Source of the DNA: Eubacteriales bacterium
GTDB lineage: Bacteria > Bacillota > Clostridia > Saccharofermentanales > DTU023
Direction of reading: 5' to 3'
Length of the DNA: 64,000 bases
NCBI GenBank assembly: GCA_030537595.1
Contig: JAUNVR010000004.1
Coordinates: forward strand, 4,761 to 68,760
In this document: positions 26,824 to 37,053 of the stretch, piece after piece
How the letters are laid out: each line of letters opens with the position of its first letter
Numbering within the stretch: the first letter of the stretch is position 1
Position numbers and translations under genes: made by a program
The notes under the pieces: generated by a model
Databases searched by the model: none
The model's input: only the letters and a program-made list of their open reading frames with translations
Told to the model about the DNA's origin: nothing

Positions 26824-28794
26824 ATGGCCCAAGTCAAGAAACAAACTGTTGATCAACTGCAGAATATTTCCGGTAAAAAAATCCTCGTTCGCGTGGACTT
26901 CAATGTGCCTAGAGATAAGGCCAGCGGAGCAATCACAGATGATCGCAGAATCCGGGCAGCCCTACCAACTATTAAAAAACTGCTCGCAGAGGATGCCAGA
27001 GTTATTCTGGTCACCCACCTCGGTCGGCCGAAAGGTTTCGATCCGGAACTTAGTACAAAGATTCTCGCAGAGCGTTTGAGTGAACTAATCGAGCGTCCTG
27101 TCCAGCATGCCGAGGATGTCATCGGCGAATCTGCTAAAGCTAAGGCAGCAGCCCTGAAAAACGGTGAGATCCTGCTCTTGGAAAACGTCCGCTACCACAA
27201 GGAAGAAACAAAGAATGATCCGGAATTTGCCAGAGAGCTGGCCTCTTTAGCTGAGCTATATGTGAACGATGCCTTCGGCACGGCCCACCGTGCTCACGCA
27301 TCCACAGAGGGGGTTGCACATTTCCTCTACCCAGTTGCCGGCTATCTGATGCAAAAAGAGATTGAGATTATGGCCGAGTCGCTTGAAGCTCCTGAGCATC
27401 CCTTTGTGGCGATTCTCGGTGGGGCAAAAGTTTCCGATAAAATTGGCGTAATCAAGAATCTCATGAAGAAAGCCGACAAAATCATCATTGGCGGTGGGAT
27501 GACCTACACCTTCCTCGCAGCCAAGGGTCTTTCAGTCGGTAAGTCACTTTGCGAAAGCGATAAGCTCGAAGAGGCTAAGGCCCTGATGGCAGAGGCTGAG
27601 CAACGCGGGGTGGAACTCATCTTCCCAGTCGATCTGCTCGGCGCTACGGAATTTGACCGTGAGGCAAAGGCTGAGAGCTTTAAAGCCGACGCAATTCCTG
27701 CTGAGATGATGGGGCTTGATCTGGGGCCAGAAACTGTAAAGCTCTTTGCTGAAGCTATAAAAGATGCTAAGACGGTGGTCTGGAACGGACCTTTAGGAGT
27801 CTTTGAATTCCCGCAGTTTGCTGAGGGTACCAATGCTGTGGCGAAGGCAATTGCCGAATCCAATGCCCGCTCGATCGTGGGTGGTGGTGACTTGGCTGCG
27901 GCGATTGAAAACTCAGGCTATGCAGAGCAATTTACGCACATCTCAACTGGGGGTGGCGCATCCCTGGAGTTGTTAGAGGGTAAAAACTTACCTGGCCTGG
28001 CAGCTCTCTTACCGGCACACGGCAGAAGGAATATCCCCGCCGGTAACTGGAAGATGAACAAGCAGCTTCCCGCAGAGGCCAAGAGCTTCTTTGCTGAATT
28101 TATTGAGGCGCTTGATGAAAGTCCCGAGCGGATTATCTTTAACGTACCCTACACCGTCCTCAGCACGGCTCTCGAGGCGACAGCCTACAGCCGGATCTTT
28201 ATCGGTGCAGAAAATGGCCATGCTGCTGATAACGGCGCTTACACCGGCGAGATTTCACTGCGGGCCCTGGCGGAAATGGGCGTACCTTATGTCGTCCTCG
28301 GGCACTCTGAGCGGCGGCAGTATTTTGGTGAAAGCTCAGAGCTGGTGAACGAAAAAGTACTAGCAGCTTTAAATTGGGGTCGCTTCCCAATTATGTGCTG
28401 TGGTGAAACTTTAGCAGAACGAGAAGCTGATGCCACACTCGAAGTTATTAAGGAGCAGGTCTTGACTGGCCTGGAAGCTGTAAAGGCTGATGATTTCTGG
28501 CGCATTGCTATTGCCTATGAACCAATCTGGGCAATTGGTACTGGCAGAACTGCAAGTAGTGAACAGGCCGAGGAGGTTTGTCGCTATATCCGTGAACTGA
28601 TTGCTGAAGAGTTTTCCCAGGTCGCGGCTGAACAGCTCGTCATCCTCTACGGTGGCTCGGTTAAGCCGGACAATGCCGCTGAGCTCTTTGCCATGCCGAA
28701 TATTGACGGCGGCTTAGTTGGCGGAGCAAGTCTCAAAGCTGAAGATTTTGCAAAGATTTCTGGAGCCTCTGCAGCAGCTGAGCAAAAGCAATAA
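26824..28794 (+). CDS. pgk/tpiA: Bifunctional phosphoglycerate kinase / triosephosphate isomerase (in-frame fusion)
   Basis: Residues 1-395 are PGK (VRVDFNVP, FGTAHRAHAS, STGGGASLE). From about residue 405 the sequence is TIM (AGNWKMN, LGHSERR, AYEPIWAIGTG). There is no stop or frame change across 28000-28050. Confidence 0.9.
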   Translation: MAQVKKQTVDQLQNISGKKILVRVDFNVPRDKASGAITDDRRIRAALPTIKKLLAEDARVILVTHLGRPKGFDPELSTKILAERLSELIERPVQHAEDVIGESAKAKAAALKNGEILLLENVRYHKEETKNDPEFARELASLAELYVNDAFGTAHRAHASTEGVAHFLYPVAGYLMQKEIEIMAESLEAPEHPFVAILGGAKVSDKIGVIKNLMKKADKIIIGGGMTYTFLAAKGLSVGKSLCESDKLEEAKALMAEAEQRGVELIFPVDLLGATEFDREAKAESFKADAIPAEMMGLDLGPETVKLFAEAIKDAKTVVWNGPLGVFEFPQFAEGTNAVAKAIAESNARSIVGGGDLAAAIENSGYAEQFTHISTGGGASLELLEGKNLPGLAALLPAHGRRNIPAGNWKMNKQLPAEAKSFFAEFIEALDESPERIIFNVPYTVLSTALEATAYSRIFIGAENGHAADNGAYTGEISLRALAEMGVPYVVLGHSERRQYFGESSELVNEKVLAALNWGRFPIMCCGETLAEREADATLEVIKEQVLTGLEAVKADDFWRIAIAYEPIWAIGTGRTASSEQAEEVCRYIRELIAEEFSQVAAEQLVILYGGSVKPDNAAELFAMPNIDGGLVGGASLKAEDFAKISGASAAAEQKQ

Positions 28795-28933
28795 TCTAGA
28801 CTATCGACTTTGCTGTTGTGACGGCGGTCACAACAGTAAAGTCCGATTTCTGCTATAATACTAGGTTGAATAGGCAAGTTATCTTGCAGAATTAAAAATA
28901 GGGTATCTTGCTGACATAAAAAGGAGAGATTTT

Positions 28934-31900
28934 ATGGCAAAAGAAAAGAAGTTTATGACCATGGATGGTAATACCGCTGCGGCGTATACCTCCTATGCCT
29001 TCTCTGAGGTTGCGGGTATTTATCCAATTACTCCGTCCTCACCGATGGCAGACTATGTAGACCAATGGGCCCAGGGAGATCGCAAGAATATCTTTGGCCA
29101 GACGGTCAATGTTATCGAGATGCAGTCCGAAGCCGGTGCGGCAGCTGCAGTACACGGCTCACTAAATACCGGTGCACTAACTACCACTTACACAGCATCC
29201 CAGGGTTTGCTCTTAATGATTCCCAATATGTATAAGATCTCCGGTGAGCTTTTACCGGCGGTTTTTCATGTTTCAGCTAGAGCAATTGCAACTCACGCCC
29301 TCTCAATCTTCGGTGACCATTCTGACGTAATGGCTTGCCGCCAGACCGGTTTTGCCATGCTAGCCTCCTCCTCAGTCCAGGAAGCTCACGATTTAGCCGC
29401 TGTTGCTCACTTGGCAGCAATTAAGGGCAGAGTACCATTCCTGCACTTCTTTGACGGCTTCAGAACCTCACACGAAATTCAGAAGATTGAAATCATGGAC
29501 TACGACGACCTCAAAGAATTGGTCGACATGGATGCAGTTGAAGCGTTCAGAAATCGTGCCCTAAGTCCGAACCATCCCTCGGAGCGCGGTACTGCACAAA
29601 ACCCGGATATTTTCTTCCAGGCTCGTGAAGCTTCTAACCCCTATTACGACCGACTCCCAGAAATTGTCCAAAAGTATATGGATGACATCTCTGGATTGAC
29701 CGGCCGGGACTATCAATTCTTTAACTACTTCGGCGATCCTGAAGCAGAGAATATCATTGTCTGCATGGGTTCAGTTGTCGATACAATTCGTGAAGTTATT
29801 AACTACGCAAATGCCAATGGCGAGAAATACGGTTTAGTCAGCGTTCACCTCTACCGGCCCTTCGTCAACGAAGCCTTGCGTAAAGCAATTCCTGCCAGCT
29901 GTAAGCGCATTGCTGTTCTGGATAGAACTAAAGAGCCTGGCGCACCTGGCGAGCCTCTCTACCTCGACGTAGTGAATGCTTTCGCCGGCGAAGCTAACGC
30001 CCCGCAAATTGTTGGTGGTCGTTACGGCCTCGGTTCAAAAGACACCACGCCTGCTCAGATTTTTGCAGTCTACAATATGCTGCGCGATAACCCGCGTCAC
30101 AACTTCACCATCGGCATCAACGATGACGTGACTAAGCTTAGCCTGGAAGATTGCGATTCTTGTCCCGACGTCTCTCCCGAGGGCACCTTCGCAGCACGCT
30201 TCTGGGGTCTTGGCTCTGACGGTACCGTTGGCGCGAATAAGAACTCAATTAAGATTATCGGTGACCACACTGACATGTATGCCCAGGCCTACTTCAGCTA
30301 TGACTCGAAGAAGTCTGGTGGTGTGACAATTTCTGACCTGCGTTTCGGCCACAGTCCGATTACCGCACCTTATCTGGTCAACTCAGCTGACTTCGTCGCC
30401 TGCCACAACCAGAGCTACATCGATAAATACGAGATTGTTACGGACCTGAAAAAAGGTGGTGTATTCCTGCTCAATACGCAGTGGAATGAAGCCGAGCTTG
30501 AAGAGCATCTCCCGGGCAGCGTCAAGCGCTTCCTAGCCGAGAATGAAATCAAGTTCTATACCATTGACGCAGTTACCCTGGCCGACGAGATTGGACTTGG
30601 CAACCGCATTAACACAATTTGTCAGGCAGCCTTCTTTAAGATTGCTCCAGTCATTCCACTGGAAGACTCAGTCAAGTACATGAAGGAAGCAATCGTTAAA
30701 TCCTACGGTAAAAAGGGCGAGCGCATCGTCAACATGAACTACGAAGCAGTCGATGCTGGCGTTGAGCACGTGAAGCAGATCCAGATTCCTGAACACTGGA
30801 AGAATGCTCAAGACGAAATCATGCCGGTCCCCGATGCTCCGGACTTCGTACTCAATATTGCCAACGTCATGAACGCCCAGCAGGGTGACAAGCTCCCGGT
30901 CTCGGCCTTTGCCGAACGGGCAGACGGTACCTTCCCTGAAGGCTTAACCCAGTATGAGAAGCGCGGTATCGCAGTGAACATTCCGGTCTGGCAGGCAGAC
31001 AAATGTATACAGTGTAACCAATGCTCATACGTCTGTCCTCACGCCGTAATTCGTCCCTTCCTCCTCGACGAGGCGGAAGCCGAGAAACTCAGTGAGCAGA
31101 TGCCTCTACGCGATGGCATGAAGCCCTATAACCAATATAAGTATAGAATTCAGGTCTCAGCCTTAGACTGTACCGGTTGTGGTTCCTGCGCCAATGTTTG
31201 CCCGGCCAAAGAAAAAGCTCTGATCATGGAGCCGCTGGAAGAGCATATGGAGCAAAAGGACAATTGGGACGAGTTAATCAAGCTGCCACGTAAGCCGAAC
31301 CCGATGAAGAAGAACACAGTCAAGGGTTCACAGTTTGAAGAGCCGCTCTTTGAGTTCTCAGGCGCTTGTGCCGGTTGTGGTGAGACTCCCTATGTCAAGC
31401 TTGTAACTCAGCTCTTTGGTGAGCGTCTACAAGTTTCGAACGCCACGGGTTGTTCCTCAATTTACGGCGGATCTGCACCCTCCACACCTTATAAGGCTAG
31501 TGTCAGCGGTCGTGGTCCGACCTGGGCAAACTCCCTCTTCGAAGATGCTGCAGAGCACGGTCTCGGCATGCACCTCGGCTATAAGCAATTAAGAGCTAGA
31601 GCGACCGATAAGGTTAAGGATCTTCGCGCCGCAGAGATTAATCCCGAGTTGGCTTCAGCAATTGATGCCTGGTTGGAAAACTATGACAACGGCGACGAAA
31701 CCTTAGAATTAACAGATCGCCTGATCAAACTGCTCGAGGCTGAAAGCGCAAACAAATCAAAGGCCGACGAAGTCCTCTTACTCCGTGACTACCTGGCAAA
31801 ACGTTCATCCTGGATTTTCGGTGGTGACGGTTGGGCCTACGATATCGGTTACGGCGGTCTTGACCACGTAATTGCAACCGGGGAAGACATTAACATCCTG

Positions 31901-32479
31901 GTCCTCGATACAGAAGTTTACTCGAACACTGGTGGTCAGGCCTCAAAGGCTACACCACTCGGTGCTATTGCCCAGTTCGCTGCCGGTGGTAAGGCGCTGA
32001 AGAAGAAAGACCTCGGCATGATGGCTACAACCTATGGTTATGTCTACGTCGCACAGGTCGCAATGGGTGCAAACCAGATGCAAACCTTGAAAGCAATTGC
32101 TGAGGCCGAGGCCTGGCCCGGACCCTCACTGGTCATTGCTTACTCACCCTGTATCAACCATGGTATCCGCGGTGGCTTAACAATTTCACAAACCCGTGAA
32201 AAAGAAGCTGTCGAGAGTGGCTACTGGCACCTCTGGAGATACAACCCGGCCTTAAGAGAGCAGGGCAAGAACCCCTTCGTGCTGGATTCCAGACCGCCAA
32301 AGAGCGACTACAAGAACTACCTGATGAGCGAAGTCCGTTACACCTCGCTGTCTAAGCGCTACGAGCCTGAGAAGGTTGAAGAAATCTTCGATAAGGCAGC
32401 AGCCGCGGCAGATGAGCGTTACCAGAGCTACATCAGAATGGCTGAAGCAGATTACTCAAAACCTGAGCAAGAAGCCTAG
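28934..32479 (+). CDS. nifJ: Pyruvate:ferredoxin (flavodoxin) oxidoreductase
   Basis: The 1181-aa ORF has a ferredoxin domain (CIQCNQCSYVCPH, CTGCGSCANVCP) and the TPP motif GGDGWAYDIG. Confidence 0.95.
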   Translation: MAKEKKFMTMDGNTAAAYTSYAFSEVAGIYPITPSSPMADYVDQWAQGDRKNIFGQTVNVIEMQSEAGAAAAVHGSLNTGALTTTYTASQGLLLMIPNMYKISGELLPAVFHVSARAIATHALSIFGDHSDVMACRQTGFAMLASSSVQEAHDLAAVAHLAAIKGRVPFLHFFDGFRTSHEIQKIEIMDYDDLKELVDMDAVEAFRNRALSPNHPSERGTAQNPDIFFQAREASNPYYDRLPEIVQKYMDDISGLTGRDYQFFNYFGDPEAENIIVCMGSVVDTIREVINYANANGEKYGLVSVHLYRPFVNEALRKAIPASCKRIAVLDRTKEPGAPGEPLYLDVVNAFAGEANAPQIVGGRYGLGSKDTTPAQIFAVYNMLRDNPRHNFTIGINDDVTKLSLEDCDSCPDVSPEGTFAARFWGLGSDGTVGANKNSIKIIGDHTDMYAQAYFSYDSKKSGGVTISDLRFGHSPITAPYLVNSADFVACHNQSYIDKYEIVTDLKKGGVFLLNTQWNEAELEEHLPGSVKRFLAENEIKFYTIDAVTLADEIGLGNRINTICQAAFFKIAPVIPLEDSVKYMKEAIVKSYGKKGERIVNMNYEAVDAGVEHVKQIQIPEHWKNAQDEIMPVPDAPDFVLNIANVMNAQQGDKLPVSAFAERADGTFPEGLTQYEKRGIAVNIPVWQADKCIQCNQCSYVCPHAVIRPFLLDEAEAEKLSEQMPLRDGMKPYNQYKYRIQVSALDCTGCGSCANVCPAKEKALIMEPLEEHMEQKDNWDELIKLPRKPNPMKKNTVKGSQFEEPLFEFSGACAGCGETPYVKLVTQLFGERLQVSNATGCSSIYGGSAPSTPYKASVSGRGPTWANSLFEDAAEHGLGMHLGYKQLRARATDKVKDLRAAEINPELASAIDAWLENYDNGDETLELTDRLIKLLEAESANKSKADEVLLLRDYLAKRSSWIFGGDGWAYDIGYGGLDHVIATGEDINILVLDTEVYSNTGGQASKATPLGAIAQFAAGGKALKKKDLGMMATTYGYVYVAQVAMGANQMQTLKAIAEAEAWPGPSLVIAYSPCINHGIRGGLTISQTREKEAVESGYWHLWRYNPALREQGKNPFVLDSRPPKSDYKNYLMSEVRYTSLSKRYEPEKVEEIFDKAAAAADERYQSYIRMAEADYSKPEQEA

Positions 32480-32513
32480 ATGAGCAATTAAGCTTAATCT
32501 GAATAGATAGTAA

Positions 32514-32566
32514 ACCGGCCTCTGTACGGACTCAGCAATTAGTCCCACAGAGGCCGGTATTTTTTA
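32514..32566 (+). terminator. Rho-independent terminator after nifJ
   Basis: A 12-bp stem (accggcctctgt 32514-32525 / acagaggccggt 32547-32558) is followed by ATTTTTT. Confidence 0.7.
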
Positions 32567-32593
32567 CTATAATAGGCTGGGGGAAAAGGGAAA

Positions 32594-33667
32594 ATGAAAG
32601 AGCATGATCTAAGACAGATGAATTTACGCCCTGAACGAGTGCCAGGTACTGGCGAATTTCTCTTGGCGGAAGGCTTTGTCCTAAGGGAATTAGCCAGACT
32701 AAGTGGTGAAGCAGTTAAGCTTTACCTACTTTTGCTATACCACAGCCAGAAGTCCCAGCTTCTACCAGAGCGCAAAGAATTGCTGCAGACTTTAAACTTT
32801 GACCTGGCAGAGTATAAGGGGGCCTTGAATGAACTGCTCCAAAAGGCAGTACTGCGCTTAGAAGGAAATAGCTATTATTTAGCTGACCTGCGCTTTACTG
32901 AGAGTTCAAACCCTCAGCCTGCGGAAAGCAGTGCTGAGCTAAATTTGGACTTAGAAAAAGGGCAAGGCAGTAGTATTTCGAGTCCGCAGCCCGATTTAGT
33001 CCAAGAGCGTGAAGATGCGATTAAGCAGATTAACGACAGCTTTTTCCAGGGAGTTATGCCAACTGGCCTTTATCATATAATTGATCATTGGTTTTCAGAG
33101 TATAAGTTCTCACCCCACGTAATCTATGCCATCTTTTCTGAAGCCGAGCAGAATCAGGCGGTTAATAATACGAGCTATGTGCGCGCAATTGCCGATAACT
33201 GGCATCACCAGGGCATTCGCGAGTACGAGGATTTAAATAATTATCTAAGGCGCCGCGAAGAAATGTTTGGCGCCGGTGAATTGGTTCGTAAACGCTTGAA
33301 ATTACGCGGAAATTTGACCCATTATCAGGAAGAATTAGTAGATAAATGGGTCAATCAATGGAAGTTCTCAAATGAGATAATTGATCGAGCGCTCGGCCTA
33401 ACCGTAAAAATTACGAATCCGAACCTCGACTACGTCGATAAGGTTTTAAAGACCTGGCATGAGGTGGGGATTAAGGATCTAGCAGGACTTGAAAGATACT
33501 TGGACCACTGGGACAAGCGCAAGAAGAAACAGGCTCCGAGAAGCGCTGAGCCAATTAAGCGGCAGAACTTTGCTGGGCGTCAGGACAGTAACTACGCGGC
33601 TTTAAGTAGCCGGCGCTGGCGGCGCAGCACGCCTGAGGAAGAGTCGGCCGAGGGCGAGCAGGCTTAG
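32594..33667 (+). CDS. DnaD-domain replication protein (Bacillus DnaB/DnaD-type helicase-loading accessory protein)
   Basis: Two DnaD/DnaB_2-type repeats are present (YVRAIADNWHHQGIREYEDL and YVDKVLKTWHEVGIKDLAGL). It lies directly upstream of the dnaI-like gene, as in the B. subtilis dnaB-dnaI operon. Confidence 0.7.
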   Translation: MKEHDLRQMNLRPERVPGTGEFLLAEGFVLRELARLSGEAVKLYLLLLYHSQKSQLLPERKELLQTLNFDLAEYKGALNELLQKAVLRLEGNSYYLADLRFTESSNPQPAESSAELNLDLEKGQGSSISSPQPDLVQEREDAIKQINDSFFQGVMPTGLYHIIDHWFSEYKFSPHVIYAIFSEAEQNQAVNNTSYVRAIADNWHHQGIREYEDLNNYLRRREEMFGAGELVRKRLKLRGNLTHYQEELVDKWVNQWKFSNEIIDRALGLTVKITNPNLDYVDKVLKTWHEVGIKDLAGLERYLDHWDKRKKKQAPRSAEPIKRQNFAGRQDSNYAALSSRRWRRSTPEEESAEGEQA

Positions 33668-33699
33668 GCTATACAGGCAGCTTGAAAGAGGGTGAGCGA

Positions 33700-34710
33700 A
33701 TGGTTTTTGAGCGAGAAATAAAGAGAATATCAGCCCAGAGAGCCCAAGTGGCCTCGATGGAAAGAGAAGCGAAGCGCGAAAAATTAGCGCAAAGTGGAGA
33801 CTTTCTAAAAGTCGAAGCTGAATTGAATGCGGCTGGAGCTCGGCTAGCTCGCGCTTCAATCGCCGGCCGAGAAGCGGCAGCAGCTGCCAGAAGAGAGTTC
33901 GATGCCTTGCGTGAGCGCTATACTGAAGTTTTGGCAAAAGCAGGCTTCAGCGCCGCTGACCTGGAATTAAAAGCCCAGTGCAAGCTCTGCGGAGATAGTG
34001 GCTATCTTGCGGATAATCGACTCTGCTCCTGTTTGCGGAGAGAATTACCGAGCCTCTTACCAGCTGAACTTAACTTCTTTCCAGATCCTCAGCAAAACTT
34101 TGCCAAGTACAATAGCGATATTTTTACTCCGGAAAAAAGGCCCGAATGGTATGGGGGAGAGATTTCGCCCCGTGTGGCAGCCGAGGATTTTCTAGCCTTT
34201 GCAAAGGACTATGTAAAAGACTTTACTGAAGGGGCGATGAACCTTTTCTTTTACGGCGACCCGGGTACCGGCAAGACCTATCTACTTGCGGCGATTGCTA
34301 ACGCCCTCTTGCAGGAAGGTTATATAGTTTCCTATTTAACTGCCGACCGCTTCTTTCAAATTATGAGTAAGAAACGTTTTCTCGAGCAGAACTTTAACCC
34401 CAATCCGGTCGAGCAAGATCTCAACCGTAGACAGCTCGAGCTCTTACAATCTGCTGCGCTTTTAATTATTGATGATCTAGGAATTGAAAATCCGAATGCG
34501 GCAAATTACAGCGAGCTCTTCCAGCTTTTTGAGCGCCGCGCGCGTGGGCAAAAGCCACTCTTGATTGGCTCGAATATTAGTCCTGATGAGTTTCGGGAAA
34601 ACTATGACGAGCGTTTAAGTTCGCGCCTCGTTGGGAGTTTTGACCTAATTCAGCTAATGGGGCCGGATTTAAGAGTCCTAGCAGCGCAAAGAAGACTTGC
34701 TGAAGGCTAG
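33700..34710 (+). CDS. dnaI: Helicase loader ATPase, DnaI/DnaC (IstB-like AAA+) family
   Basis: It has an N-terminal Cys cluster (CKLCGDSGY..CSC), Walker A GDPGTGKTY and Walker B LLIIDDLG. The ATG at 33700 follows AGAGGGTGAG. Confidence 0.75.
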   Translation: MVFEREIKRISAQRAQVASMEREAKREKLAQSGDFLKVEAELNAAGARLARASIAGREAAAAARREFDALRERYTEVLAKAGFSAADLELKAQCKLCGDSGYLADNRLCSCLRRELPSLLPAELNFFPDPQQNFAKYNSDIFTPEKRPEWYGGEISPRVAAEDFLAFAKDYVKDFTEGAMNLFFYGDPGTGKTYLLAAIANALLQEGYIVSYLTADRFFQIMSKKRFLEQNFNPNPVEQDLNRRQLELLQSAALLIIDDLGIENPNAANYSELFQLFERRARGQKPLLIGSNISPDEFRENYDERLSSRLVGSFDLIQLMGPDLRVLAAQRRLAEG

Positions 34711-34722
34711 GAGGATGGGGCT

Positions 34723-35106
34723 ATGCGCCTAGCAAATGGCTGTGACATCGTTGATATCCAGCGCTTTTCACGAAGTATGAAGCGGGGCGGGGAGCGCTTT
34801 TTAAAGCGCCTCTTCACGGCGCGTGAGCTAGAGCTCGGCGCCAGTCGACTGACTGAAGCCGAGTATTGGGCAGTGCGCTTTGCCGCAAAGGAAGCTGTTG
34901 CTAAGGCCTTAGGCACAGGAATTTGGCGCTCAGGAATTGCTTGGCGGGATATCGAAATCTTAAAAGAGCCCCAGGGCCAGCCCTATTTCGAAGTTAAAGG
35001 CCAGGCCTTAGACTTATATCAAAGCCAAGGTTGGGAGGCCAAAAGCCTAGCCTTAAGCCACGATAGTTTTGCCTTAGCCACAGTAGTTTTATTTAGCACA
35101 GAGTGA
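34723..35106 (+). CDS. acpS: Holo-[acyl-carrier-protein] synthase
   Basis: The 127-aa ORF has GCDIVDIQRF, FAAKEAVAKALG and LSHD motifs. Confidence 0.85.
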   Translation: MRLANGCDIVDIQRFSRSMKRGGERFLKRLFTARELELGASRLTEAEYWAVRFAAKEAVAKALGTGIWRSGIAWRDIEILKEPQGQPYFEVKGQALDLYQSQGWEAKSLALSHDSFALATVVLFSTE

Positions 35107-35119
35107 GATCAGAGAAGTT

Positions 35120-36190
35120 ATGAATCTTAAAACTAAGTTAAAAAATCTGCTTAGCACCGAATTGAGTACAAAGCAAAAGCGCCGAATCCCGGCTTGGATT
35201 ATTGCCCTAGTGGCAATTGTCGTGATTGCTGCCTTTGTTATTTTCTGGGCGCCGCGGATCTTCCACGCTCGGCTGAAGCCTGAAATCAGGCAGGAAGAGC
35301 GGCGGCGTGGTGCCTTAATCTATACTGAGAATACTGCAGTGGTTCGGGTCCCGCAGACTGCAGTCTACCCACTTGCTGATAACACTCGTGAAAGGCTCTG
35401 TTCATTAATTTTTAATGAGCCTGTTGAAGTACTAGACAAAAGCCTCGGGAAATATTGGTTAGTCAAGCTTCCAGAGGGTCTTGAAGGCTATGTGGCCTCA
35501 GTCGATTTAGATACAGACACAGAAGCTATAGAGCCTGAGCTAGCCTACTATAAGGCGGTGGTCTTGGCCCGTGAAAAGCGCCTCTATTCGCATGCTAGAC
35601 GCGGTGAATTAAAAGCCGTAGTGCCTTTAGGAACCGTGCTCTTTGCAGACTATCGAAGCCAAGAATTACTGCGTGTAAAGCTCGCGGGCGGGGATAATGC
35701 TTGGGTCTCGACAGAGGATTTATTAATTTTAGAGCCAGATCAGAAAATCACGGTTCCCGAGGCCGAACAGGTCAGTCGTTTCCTTTCCTCTCTGATGGCC
35801 TTTTATGGCGCTCCACGCCTCCCTGCACAGATGACCATCAACGGGACCGACATGGCTGGCGCAGTCTCTATTGCGGCGCGTTTAAATGGTTTAGAGCTCC
35901 CACGTACTATCGAGGCTCAAGCCCGCGTCGGTGAACGGGTCGAGCTAGCCCGTGATCAAGAAAGCGGATTAGTTAATCTGAATGATTTAAAAGCTGGTGA
36001 TTTAATCTACTTTGCCCATCCAGAAAGTCCGGATAAAGTCTTTGACCTAGCCTGTGTAATGGAAGACAGCTTAGTCCTAATGAACCAAGTAAACTCGAGC
36101 ACGATAGGGATCTGGGACTTAGCTAATGATGAGGAGAGGCATAAGCAAATCGCCTTTGTAATTCGGCACTTTCCATTAAAAGAGGAGTAA
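35120..36190 (+). CDS. Membrane-anchored SH3-like protein with a degenerate NlpC/P60-like C-terminal domain (catalytic Cys absent)
   Basis: It has an N-terminal TM segment and SH3-like strands (KYWLVKLPEGLEGYVAS). The C-terminal block NGTDMAGAVSIAARLNGLELPRTIEAQ...LKAGDLIYF aligns by eye with the DCSG...LPR..Q...GDL.FF pattern. The Cys position is occupied by Ala. Confidence 0.6.
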   Translation: MNLKTKLKNLLSTELSTKQKRRIPAWIIALVAIVVIAAFVIFWAPRIFHARLKPEIRQEERRRGALIYTENTAVVRVPQTAVYPLADNTRERLCSLIFNEPVEVLDKSLGKYWLVKLPEGLEGYVASVDLDTDTEAIEPELAYYKAVVLAREKRLYSHARRGELKAVVPLGTVLFADYRSQELLRVKLAGGDNAWVSTEDLLILEPDQKITVPEAEQVSRFLSSLMAFYGAPRLPAQMTINGTDMAGAVSIAARLNGLELPRTIEAQARVGERVELARDQESGLVNLNDLKAGDLIYFAHPESPDKVFDLACVMEDSLVLMNQVNSSTIGIWDLANDEERHKQIAFVIRHFPLKEE

Positions 36191-36388
36191 ATAATTCTGC
36201 TCAGGCCTTTAAAGCCTGCTTTTAAGCTGAGCTTTTAACTTTCACGCCAAATTTTTTTTTTAACTTTTCACCCGACTCTCTTTTCGGCAGCAATTGGCTG
36301 CGCCCTCATGATAGAATAGTGCCGAGCACGAAAGCAGATGCTTTTTGCCTAAAAAAGCTAATTTTGACCGGATGAAAAGGAGTTACGG

Positions 36389-37036
36389 ATGTATAAAGTA
36401 GAGGAATTTGAAAACGTTAGAGTATTCGACCATCCCCTGATTCAGCATAAAGTTGCCCACTTGAGAATGAAGGAAACCAGCACTAAGGAGTTTCGTGAGT
36501 TGACCTCGGAAATTGCTATGCTGATGACCTATGAGGCCTGCCGTGATTTACCTTTAAAGGAAATTGAGATAGAGACACCAATCTGTCCCTGCAAGGCAAA
36601 GGTTTTGGCCGGTAAGAAATTGGCCTTGGTCCCAATTTTGAGAGCTGGGCTCGGCATGGTGGAGGGCGTGATGAATATGGTTCCCTCAGCCCGGGTTGGC
36701 CACATCGGCCTCTACCGTGATCCGGAAACCTTAAAGGCTGTCGAGTATTATTGTAAATTCCCGCAGGATATTAAGGATCGCCATGTCTTTTTACTCGATC
36801 CAATGCTGGCGACCGGAGGCTCAATTCTGGCCGGGCTGGAGTTTTTAAAGGAGCGGGGCATTGAGCAGATTTCCTTGCTCTGTATTATTGCAGCCAGACC
36901 CGGTTTGGAAAAGGTGGTTGCTGCACATCCCGAAGTTAAAATTTACTGTGCAGCTCTGGATGACGAGTTGAATGAACATGCCTATATTGTCCCGGGCTTA
37001 GGTGATGCCGGTGACAGACTCTTTGGCACCAAGTAA
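36389..37036 (+). CDS. upp: Uracil phosphoribosyltransferase
   Basis: The motifs [18 protein letters not shown] and the PRPP motif [11 protein letters not shown] are present. Confidence 0.9.
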   Translation: MYKVEEFENVRVFDHPLIQHKVAHLRMKETSTKEFRELTSEIAMLMTYEACRDLPLKEIEIETPICPCKAKVLAGKKLALVPILRAGLGMVEGVMNMVPSARVGHIGLYRDPETLKAVEYYCKFPQDIKDRHVFLLDPMLATGGSILAGLEFLKERGIEQISLLCIIAARPGLEKVVAAHPEVKIYCAALDDELNEHAYIVPGLGDAGDRLFGTK

Positions 37037-37053
37037 AGGCTCTGAGGTCTAAT

